Shown in pieces: positions 46,774 through 54,659 of a DNA stretch of 64,000 nucleotides. A program made the position numbers and the translations under genes. Under the pieces are notes generated by a model. It was not told where the DNA came from. It made no database searches and was given only the letters and a program-made list of their open reading frames with translations. This DNA is from Oscillospiraceae bacterium (lineage in GTDB: Bacteria > Bacillota > Clostridia > Oscillospirales > Oscillospiraceae), in contig WQWL01000003.1 of NCBI GenBank assembly GCA_009785345.1, positions 17,331-81,330 of the forward strand, given 5' to 3'. How positions within the stretch are numbered: position 1 is the first letter of the stretch; each line of letters opens with the position of its first letter.

Positions 46774-48144
46774 ATGTCACAAAAAGAAAAGCGTATAAAA
46801 CATCCACTAATTAATACTTTTATTACAGTTAAAGGGAATCCTAGAATTGCTCTATACACAGAGCCACTGTGGACCATACCTTTTAACCTGTATACACCAT
46901 TTGTTGCCGTGTATATGGCAGCCTTATTGTTGACGGATATTCAAATCGGCATAGTTGCTTCGGTCTTTTTATTCGTACAAACGATTGCAGCACTCTTTAG
47001 CGGAGCTATTACAGACAAGTTGGGAAGAAGGAAGACAACATTTATTTTCGATGTACTATCATGGACTATACCTTGTTTGTTATGGGCATTTTCGCAGAAT
47101 TTTTGGTGGTTTGTTGTTGGCGCTTCATTTAATGGTTTGATGCAGGTAACAACTAATTCATGGACATGCTTGCTGGTAGAAGATGCCAAAAAAGATTCAT
47201 TAGTCAGAATTTTCTCTCTTTTGCACTTAATTTCCCAAACATCAGTAATATTTGCACCATTAGCTGCACTTTTAGTAAATCAGCTTTCTATTATACCGGC
47301 TCTCAGAATACTTTACTTCTTTTCATTTGTATCAATGACAATTAAGTTCATTATATTATATAAGTACGGAGGTGAAACAGAGGTTGGCAAAGTCCGTATG
47401 AAAGAAACAAAAGGCATGTCAATTTGGAAAATTATGGGTGGATATGGAAAAATATTTATAAAAATATTCACTTCTGGAGATATGATTCTTGCACTTGTTA
47501 TAACAACAGTGTTCAATATAACTGCAATGGTGCATGGGAATTTTTTCGGATTATATGTTACCGGAACTCTCAATCTACCACAACACTACCTTGCATATTT
47601 TCCAATTCTTCGCTCTGCCGTAATTTTTATTTTTATTTATCTGTTTCAACATAAGATGGATAAACTTGGTTTCCGAAACCCTATGCTTATAGGATTGTCC
47701 ATTTTTATTGTAACAAACGTTTTGCTGATTTTCGCTCGTGAGAGTTCATTTTTTATCGAAAGCACTATATTATCGTACTCTATATATGAATACTCAACTT
47801 TAAGTGCTATATTATCCTTTCTTTCATTTGATAACTACTCAACGTTTGTTCTGACGACCTACCTGTTCTTTTATGTTATTCTTGATGCAGTTGCTTTTAG
47901 TTTTGTTATGCCTCGAAGTGATTCCCTTAGACAAATGTTAATTGAACCTTCGGAGAGAGCTCGTATAAGCGGTCTCATGATGGTAATTGTACTTGGCTTG
48001 AGTATACCTTTTGGTTGGGTTGCAGGATGGCTGTCAAATATTGATCGTAGATTTCCATTTATATTAATTATCATATTTCTTATTATAATTTTCGCTGTTA
48101 TTTTAGCCAGTAAGGAAAGATTAATGCGGATAAAGACATCGTAA
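46774..48144 (+). CDS. MFS-type transporter
   Basis: About 12 TM helices. The DKLGRRK motif lies between TM2 and TM3. Start set at the ATG at 46774; the upstream 44 codons of the ORF track cross the repeat and look non-coding. Confidence 0.75.
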   Translation: MSQKEKRIKHPLINTFITVKGNPRIALYTEPLWTIPFNLYTPFVAVYMAALLLTDIQIGIVASVFLFVQTIAALFSGAITDKLGRRKTTFIFDVLSWTIPCLLWAFSQNFWWFVVGASFNGLMQVTTNSWTCLLVEDAKKDSLVRIFSLLHLISQTSVIFAPLAALLVNQLSIIPALRILYFFSFVSMTIKFIILYKYGGETEVGKVRMKETKGMSIWKIMGGYGKIFIKIFTSGDMILALVITTVFNITAMVHGNFFGLYVTGTLNLPQHYLAYFPILRSAVIFIFIYLFQHKMDKLGFRNPMLIGLSIFIVTNVLLIFARESSFFIESTILSYSIYEYSTLSAILSFLSFDNYSTFVLTTYLFFYVILDAVAFSFVMPRSDSLRQMLIEPSERARISGLMMVIVLGLSIPFGWVAGWLSNIDRRFPFILIIIFLIIIFAVILASKERLMRIKTS

Positions 48145-48163
48145 ACCATGACACAATAACAAG

Positions 48164-48197
48164 CAAAGAGGCTGTATCAAAGTGATATGCCTCTTTG
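48164..48197. terminator. Hairpin between convergent MFS and AKR genes
   Basis: CAAAGAGGC - 16 nt - GCCTCTTTG. Confidence 0.5.
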
Positions 48198-48210
48198 TCA
48201 AATGTAAACG

Positions 48211-49395
48211 CTATGCGCCCTTCTTATCCTCCAAAAGTTTGCAGAATTTAGTCAATACGTCCGGTATGTCTATATCTTGAGGACATAGCGGATTACATAC
48301 TCCGCAAGCTATACAGGCTTGTGGCTTTTTATCATCTGCAAGTGAGCTTAGTACATCTTCGACATACCACGTCAATCCGTGATCAGCTTCATTATACGTA
48401 GCTATAAGCATTGGAATGTCTAGTTGTTTAGGACATATTCCACAACAATAGCGACAAGATGTACACGGAATAAATGATGCCATACCATCAACCACTTGCT
48501 CTAAAATTTTCTTTTCAGATTCAGGCATTAAATCAGGATTATTATAGGTTTCAATATTTTCTGCCAGCTGTTCCATTGTTGTCATGCCGCTTATTGTCGT
48601 GCACGCATTAGGAAGTGACTGTACAAAGCGAAATGCCCAAGATGCAGGTGTGTCATTCGGTCTGGCTGCTTTGAGTAAAGCTTCAGCATCCTTGCCGGGC
48701 GCCGCAAGCAGCCCCCCACGAACAGGCTCCATTATAAATACGGGTACATTGTGTTTCGTAATCACTTCGTACTTTTTGCCTGCTTCTTGTAAAGTCCAAT
48801 CTAAGTAGTTGAGTTGTATCATTGTAAACTCAAAGCAACTGTAATGATCTAAGAATTTGTCAATGGTTTCATAGCGACCATGTGCAGAAAAGCCAAAATG
48901 CTTGATTCTTCCTGCTCTTTTTTCTTCTAATAGATAATCAACAATCGCAAACTCTTCATCTGTGTATAAATCATATGTTGTTTCAGCCACATTATGTAGC
49001 ATGTAGAAGTCAAAATATTCTACACCACAATTATCTAACTGACGTTCAAAAACCTCTTTTGCAGTATTGTATGTTCTCTTTTCCATACCCATGGCGGTGA
49101 CATCCATGTGCAGTTTTCCATCTTTATACTCGATGAAATTGCCTGGAAACTTATTTGCAAGAAACCATGTTTCTCGAGGGTATTTTGACAGAGCTTCGCC
49201 AAGTGCTCTTTCTGACTCACCGGCATGATAAAAAAATGCCGTGTCAAAATAATTTACGCCATTTGCCATCGCATAGTCTACTATTTCATTCACTTTTTCT
49301 TGGTCGATTTTCTCTGTCTTTTCATCTACGGGTAGTCGCATACCGCCATATCCAAGTGCGGGTAGCTTTAAATTTTGAAACTCATTATATATCAC
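48211..49395 (-). CDS. Aldo/keto reductase fused to a C-terminal 4Fe-4S ferredoxin-type domain (paralog of 43643..44782)
   Basis: 394 aa. AKR core (LGYGGMRLP..). The C-terminus has CTSCRYCCGICP and CIACGVCNPLCP. Confidence 0.85.
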   Translation of the reverse strand: MIYNEFQNLKLPALGYGGMRLPVDEKTEKIDQEKVNEIVDYAMANGVNYFDTAFFYHAGESERALGEALSKYPRETWFLANKFPGNFIEYKDGKLHMDVTAMGMEKRTYNTAKEVFERQLDNCGVEYFDFYMLHNVAETTYDLYTDEEFAIVDYLLEEKRAGRIKHFGFSAHGRYETIDKFLDHYSCFEFTMIQLNYLDWTLQEAGKKYEVITKHNVPVFIMEPVRGGLLAAPGKDAEALLKAARPNDTPASWAFRFVQSLPNACTTISGMTTMEQLAENIETYNNPDLMPESEKKILEQVVDGMASFIPCTSCRYCCGICPKQLDIPMLIATYNEADHGLTWYVEDVLSSLADDKKPQACIACGVCNPLCPQDIDIPDVLTKFCKLLEDKKGA

Positions 49396-49408
49396 GTATG
49401 TTTCCCCT

Positions 49409-50137
49409 TTAAAATTTATTTACGGCTTCAAATAACGCTTTTCCGATATTTTCGTTTATTATTATGTCCGCATACTTGTCATATGCAGTTTTAGACTTAT
49501 TTATGAGAATAAGATTTTCGCCACTAAAATAGTTGATCATACCTGCTGCCGGATAGACGTTAAGAGATGTTCCACCAACTATAAGCACCTCTGCTGTAGT
49601 TATTGCCCTTACTGCTTTTTTCATAACAGATTGGTCAAGACCTTCTTCGTATAATACCACATCCGGTTTTATAATACCACCGCATAAGCATTGCGGAATA
49701 CCAAGAGAAAGAATTATTTTATCAAGAGGGTATGCTTCATTGCATAGCATACAATAATTTCTTAATATCGAACCATGCAACTCTAGTACATTTACACTTC
49801 CGGCTGATGTGTGTAGACCGTCAACATTTTGTGTTATTACAGCTTTAAGCTTATTTTGTTTTTCTAGTTCTGCTAATGCCAGGTGTGCTTTGTTCGGTTT
49901 TGCGTTGGGATGGAGCATTTTATCTTTGTAGAATCGATAAAACTCCTCGGTATGCGTGTCAAAGAAACTACGCGAGAGCATGGTCTCAGGTGGGTATGAA
50001 TACGATGAATTATACAGTCCATCAGCACTTCGAAAATCTGGTATTCCACTTTCAGTAGAAACACCAGCCCCTCCGAAAAAAACAATATTGTTCGAGTTTT
50101 GTAGTATTTTCGCTAAATCGTTGATTTCTGTGTTCAT
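49409..50137 (-). CDS. cobB: NAD-dependent protein deacylase (Sir2/CobB family)
   Basis: 242 aa. Motifs seen: GAGVSTESGIPDFRS, TQNVDGLH, the catalytic His in LHGS, a Zn ribbon (CMLC..CLCGG), and VGGTSLNVYPAA. Confidence 0.9.
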   Translation of the reverse strand: MNTEINDLAKILQNSNNIVFFGGAGVSTESGIPDFRSADGLYNSSYSYPPETMLSRSFFDTHTEEFYRFYKDKMLHPNAKPNKAHLALAELEKQNKLKAVITQNVDGLHTSAGSVNVLELHGSILRNYCMLCNEAYPLDKIILSLGIPQCLCGGIIKPDVVLYEEGLDQSVMKKAVRAITTAEVLIVGGTSLNVYPAAGMINYFSGENLILINKSKTAYDKYADIIINENIGKALFEAVNKF

Positions 50138-50163
50138 TTACATCCGCTCCTATTCTACAATTT

Positions 50164-50324
50164 ATACTGATCACTAATAGAAAACGTTGATATATTTGTG
50201 AGATTATTTTTCGTCATTCAAGGCGAAAATTCGAAGTAATGCCAGTGGCCTTTCAAGGATTTTCAACGATGAATGACGGTAAATAGCTCGCAAAGATTCA
50301 ATGGTTTCTATTAGTGATTAGTAT
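50164..50324. repeat. Repeat family C: 161-nt foldback element (imperfect ~70-nt inverted repeats)
   Basis: The left arm begins atactgatcactaatagaaaacgttga.. and the right arm ends ..tcaatggtttctattagtgattagtat. The central loop is ~25 nt. The terminal 26 nt recur at 12842..12867. Confidence 0.7.
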
Positions 50325-50400
50325 TAGTCCGTGTTCAGTATCAGCATCAAATATAGTATATCACACTCTATACTAATCAGTAGGCATTTTTGCGGTATAT

Positions 50401-50452
50401 TTTGAGACCTCTAAACTTGCTCCCATATTGGGATAAGTTTGGAGGTCTCAAA
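50401..50452. other. Long perfect-ish stem-loop (about 23 bp) downstream of the methyltransferase gene
   Basis: tttgagacctctaaactt pairs with aagtttggaggtctcaaa (18 bp, one G-U). An inner stem tccca/tggga extends it. No clear U tract on either strand. Confidence 0.5.
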
Positions 50453-50537
50453 TTTGGAGGACAATAGCCTATAAGGCTTCTGCAATTAATCGTGCTAATA
50501 ACTTGCTGCGTCTCACAGCCAACTACACCGATTTATT

Positions 50538-51347
50538 TCACCTTTTACAAAGCAATATAATTTCATTTCCGCCGGGTGGAGATTTGTCATACCAAGAAAA
50601 CTCCTCAATCACAACTAGCCCCGACTTTTTCACTTCGGCACGAAGCTGAGGGCTGTAATAATATTTCATCTGTAAAGGCTCGACCAACCGCTCCACATGC
50701 CCATCGGGATAAGTCATATTATACGCAAGATAGGGATAGATTATTTGATTTACAGTGTCAATTTTTTCGCGGCACTCGTATCGCGCTATGCGGATGTCTG
50801 TTTGTTCATCGACTGTTTCACCTATAAATTCTTCTGCACGACACCAACTACTGTCAAGTGGATTTGCGTAAGGATTGAAAACATTAACGATAAAAATTCC
50901 GTCATCCGTTAAATGTTCACGCACACAAAAAAAAACATTTTCAATATCTTCTCGTGCCGTTACAGATTGAAATGCACGGAATGGAGCAATTATAAGAGCA
51001 AATTTTCGCCCAATTGAAAAGTTCGCCATATTGCCATGGATAATTTCGACACGTTCGGCAAGCCCCTGCTCCTTTGCCACTTCCACGTCTAACTTTTCGC
51101 TGAAAACATTTAACATCTGTTGAGATAAATCCAGTCCAGCAATATGGAAACCTTCTTTTGCTAAAGCCAAAGTCACACGTCCTGTACCACAGCCTAATTC
51201 AAGAATTTCTCCCTTTTCACCATTCTCGCCGCATTGCAATTTTGCGTAATCACGATAAAACGGAATATCGGGCATGGGCTGATTCTTTTCGTAAATGATA
51301 TCATATATTTTTGCCGCTTCACGGTAAACATTTTTTTCGATTGCCAT
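50538..51347 (-). CDS. Class I SAM-dependent methyltransferase
   Basis: 269 aa. Motif I is ILELGCGTGRVTLALA, followed by an acidic loop (GLDLS). Confidence 0.85.
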   Translation of the reverse strand: MAIEKNVYREAAKIYDIIYEKNQPMPDIPFYRDYAKLQCGENGEKGEILELGCGTGRVTLALAKEGFHIAGLDLSQQMLNVFSEKLDVEVAKEQGLAERVEIIHGNMANFSIGRKFALIIAPFRAFQSVTAREDIENVFFCVREHLTDDGIFIVNVFNPYANPLDSSWCRAEEFIGETVDEQTDIRIARYECREKIDTVNQIIYPYLAYNMTYPDGHVERLVEPLQMKYYYSPQLRAEVKKSGLVVIEEFSWYDKSPPGGNEIILLCKR

Positions 51348-51458
51348 TATCTTTCCTTCCTATACTGGCTTTCTCAAGAGACTGTCATTCGAAACGAGTT
51401 GAGGTTCTGTTAATGCCTCGGAAGTCATATTCAGAGCACAATAACCTGCGAACCTAAG

Positions 51459-54400
51459 CTAAAAAACTAACTCAAATGTCTTAATTTCAAAAGGCTTTAT
51501 CTCAAACGTAAACTCGCTTGTATTCTCTGCTATTTCCTTAATACGGTTTTCCAAACAGTCAGTCTCGAATACTTTTGCAACTTTGCTGCGGAGTGTTAAT
51601 ACAGCATTTGTTCTCGTGTTTTCAAACTCGTACATCCTGATAATTACGGAATCGCCTGATTCTGCTTTTTTTACAGTTTCGATGTTAACATTACTGCTGT
51701 TTGTACTCACATAACTGTAGGATGTGGGTGCTGCATCGCATGGCGACTCGATGGCAACAGCATAAGCCGGTGTATTGAGGCAGTGTGCACTTTCTACAGT
51801 ACCGCCCGTTTGCCATGTTCCCAAGTGTGGTAGCAAAGAATAAGTAAACCAATGCTCTTCTTGGTCTGTTGTTTCGTAAGGCTCTATGCCCGATTTTATT
51901 AGAGTCAGGGCTATAACACCGTCATGGATAGCATGACCATACTTACAATCATTTAAGATACTTACACCATAGCCGCCTTCAGAAATATCTGCCCACTTGT
52001 GAGCACAGGTTTCAAAACGCGCCTGATCCCAACTGGTGTTCACATGTGTAGGACGGGAAACATTGCCGAATTGTATATCATAAGTGGCTGCCGGAGACAT
52101 TATATCCGTGCCAAATCGAGCCTTTAGAAGAAGCTGACTCTGTTTCCAATCAACATAGGTTTCAAAATCTATACGGCGAATATTCGCATAAAAATGGATT
52201 TTCTGACTGATAACACTCTCTAAGAATGTACGTTCAACAAGAAGTGTTGCGCGAACCGGACCTGTTTCCAGCCATTTAACTGTTGTGGTTTCATCAACAA
52301 TCCAACTTTTTTCGGTATAATAAATGTCAATATCCCAGTTATCCCATCTCATAGGCTTGTCTTCGTAAACTCGCAGCTCATTGCCCAAGACATCCCCAGT
52401 GAGAACTTCGCGTCCGCTCTCCTTATGGAAAAGTCTGGCAATAAAGCCATTGGTATCGAATTCGGCTTCGTAGAAAGGTGTCTCTATCTTCAAGCCATCA
52501 ATGTTAATCGGGTTGTCGGCATTAGTTTTCTCGGAAACTTTAAGTCCCATAACTCCTTTTGCAGGCATTCCTGAAACATATGCAATCTTACCGCCATCAT
52601 TAGTTTCCTGGCATACTGAAATGCTTCCATCGCCACATACAAGGGCATCAGCATTTATACTACCCGGAATTTCTATGACATCGTCCCGATTGAAGTCCAG
52701 GGTGTTAATAACTGCCAAATCGCCGGAAACATCAGCTACTGCCGAAAGGCGCTCAGTCATAAGTGCATTTGCTTCTTTGCTAAGTTCAGCGTATTCTACC
52801 TTTGTCACATCATACACTTCTTTTATTGATGTTCCGGGAAGAATGTCATGGAACTGGTTTAAGAGTATAACTTCCCACATTGCATCAAGCTCTTTGCGGG
52901 GATAAGGTATATCTTTTGCCAGTACCGAAACAAATTCCAAATCTTGGAGTAGCAGTTCACTTTTGCGGTTTGATCGTTTGTTCCGTGCCATTGATGTATA
53001 TGTTCCGCGATGGTATTCTAAATAAAGCTCGCCCACCCATTTGGGTAGCTCTTTATTGCCAATAGTTCTTTCATAAAGACTGTCGAAATAATCTTTTGAG
53101 TTGCCAAAATGCACTTTTGGAGCTCCATTGACGCCCTTCGACATTCGTTTACCCATTTCGATCATTTCGCGGGTAGGACCACCGCCTCCGTCGCCGAAAC
53201 CATAGGAAATCAATACATCATTATTGATTTCTTTTTGCTGATATCGCTCCCATGCTCCAATTACGCTACAAGGTTGGAGGTATCCGTTGTATGTGGTGGA
53301 AAATGTGTCCGGTGGATTATCGGCACGAGTAGTCGTCACCATGTGTGTAAAAACCTCGCTGCCATCTATGCCGCGCCAGATAAATGTGTCGTAAGGCACA
53401 AGATTAAATTGATTCCAACTCATTTTTGTGGTCATGAAGTAGTCTACACCGCAAAGCTTCATTATCTGTGGCAAAGCTGCACTGTAACCAAAGACATCAG
53501 GGAGCCATAAAATTTTGGAATCGACACCGAATTCGTCCTTAAAAAACTTTTTGCCATACATGAACTGTCTGACGAGAGATTCTCCTGATGCAAGGTTACA
53601 ATCAGGCTCAAGCCACATACCACCCTCTGCTTCCCATCGCCCTTCCGCAGCACGTTCCTTTATCTTTGCGTATAGTGCGGGTGCATGCTCTTGTACGTAT
53701 TTATAGAGCTGGGGTTGGCTTGACATGAATATATACTCCGGATAGTCTTCCATATATTTGAGTACCGTTGCAAAGCTGCGGACAACCTTTTGACGTGTTT
53801 GAGCGACGGTCCACCACCAGGCTACGTCGATATGGGTATGTCCAACGCAAGTAGCGATAATATCCTCATGACCGGCAAGCTTTGTGTACACTTCTTCCTT
53901 TGCAATAACCAATGCATCTTCAATCGATCTGTAAAAACACTCTGAGTGAGGGGTGCGCAGGTCGATTGCATTAACTATTTTTTCAACAGCGACTTCCAAA
54001 TCAATGCGTCGCTTATCGCTTGCGTTCAAACGCGAAATGATTTCAATAGGTACTTTTAAATCATAATAAAGCTCCGTAACAAGGGGTGAAATCTGAGCTA
54101 ACTTCGCGGTTAACTCGAGCTCGCAGGTCTCCGTGCCAGTGTATCCCTGCAAATCGATTCTATATATTTCTCCGGCTTTAGCACATTTTGTTAAAAACAC
54201 ATCTTTATGATTTACATCAAGGGCACACTCAGCCTCCCCGTTTACAAACACCAGAAACTGTGGATTTTTTGCATCCCACCCTGTTGCCTGTGTTGAAAAC
54301 AACAGTGAAAGCGGTTTGCCGTCATAACTTTCCGGAACAGTAATGCTAACTTTAAACCAACTGTTACAGTCCAGTCCTTTCCATTTTTCTGTTTTTGTGT

Positions 54401-54557
54401 CAAACTTGCGCCAAGATACGGAATCGTTGTCTGCTTCTTCTGGTGACCAGAACAGACCGTCTTTAACGAACCAGTCTGTGATTTCGTTGCTTTGAACGAC
54501 AGACAGATTAAGGAGCTCGCGACATATCACCTCTGCCCTTTCTTTTCTGAAATACAT
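51459..54557 (-). CDS. GH38 alpha-mannosidase (no signal peptide)
   Basis: About 1030 aa. GHTHIDVAWWW, the GGMW.EPD.N region and YLEYHRGTYTS are typical GH38 motifs. Start set at MYFRKE.. preceded by AAGGAGGA; the 28 upstream codons of the ORF track were rejected. Confidence 0.9.
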   Translation of the reverse strand: MYFRKERAEVICRELLNLSVVQSNEITDWFVKDGLFWSPEEADNDSVSWRKFDTKTEKWKGLDCNSWFKVSITVPESYDGKPLSLLFSTQATGWDAKNPQFLVFVNGEAECALDVNHKDVFLTKCAKAGEIYRIDLQGYTGTETCELELTAKLAQISPLVTELYYDLKVPIEIISRLNASDKRRIDLEVAVEKIVNAIDLRTPHSECFYRSIEDALVIAKEEVYTKLAGHEDIIATCVGHTHIDVAWWWTVAQTRQKVVRSFATVLKYMEDYPEYIFMSSQPQLYKYVQEHAPALYAKIKERAAEGRWEAEGGMWLEPDCNLASGESLVRQFMYGKKFFKDEFGVDSKILWLPDVFGYSAALPQIMKLCGVDYFMTTKMSWNQFNLVPYDTFIWRGIDGSEVFTHMVTTTRADNPPDTFSTTYNGYLQPCSVIGAWERYQQKEINNDVLISYGFGDGGGGPTREMIEMGKRMSKGVNGAPKVHFGNSKDYFDSLYERTIGNKELPKWVGELYLEYHRGTYTSMARNKRSNRKSELLLQDLEFVSVLAKDIPYPRKELDAMWEVILLNQFHDILPGTSIKEVYDVTKVEYAELSKEANALMTERLSAVADVSGDLAVINTLDFNRDDVIEIPGSINADALVCGDGSISVCQETNDGGKIAYVSGMPAKGVMGLKVSEKTNADNPINIDGLKIETPFYEAEFDTNGFIARLFHKESGREVLTGDVLGNELRVYEDKPMRWDNWDIDIYYTEKSWIVDETTTVKWLETGPVRATLLVERTFLESVISQKIHFYANIRRIDFETYVDWKQSQLLLKARFGTDIMSPAATYDIQFGNVSRPTHVNTSWDQARFETCAHKWADISEGGYGVSILNDCKYGHAIHDGVIALTLIKSGIEPYETTDQEEHWFTYSLLPHLGTWQTGGTVESAHCLNTPAYAVAIESPCDAAPTSYSYVSTNSSNVNIETVKKAESGDSVIIRMYEFENTRTNAVLTLRSKVAKVFETDCLENRIKEIAENTSEFTFEIKPFEIKTFELVF

Positions 54558-54611
54558 ATTGTCATTCCTCCTTAATGTAATTGTGTTTAGTTGCAAAATC
54601 CTGGGAGTTCT

Positions 54612-54648
54612 CAGGAGCTTGGGACAAAAGTTCCGCCCCAAGCTCCTG
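54612..54648. other. 12-bp stem-loop between paralog 1 and the mannosidase gene
   Basis: CAGGAGCTTGGG - 13 nt - CCCAAGCTCCTG. No downstream U tract in the direction of transcription. Confidence 0.4.
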
Positions 54649-54659
54649 CAAAAAATTAG

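Noticed and set aside
49409-50137. The Sir2-family gene could be part of an anti-phage defence system (Thoeris/DSR-like).
   Set aside because: At 242 aa it is the size and motif set of a housekeeping CobB-type deacylase with a Zn ribbon. It has no fused TIR, SLOG, helicase or TM effector domain. Its neighbours are an aldo-keto reductase and a methyltransferase with no defence-island features.
54558-54641. The N-terminal extension of the GH38 ORF, and similar ORF-track extensions at 36196, 32396, 46642 and 62204.
   Set aside because: The extensions lack an SD, encode basic low-complexity peptides or cross repeats. Internal ATGs with good SDs coincide with the expected N-termini of the respective families.
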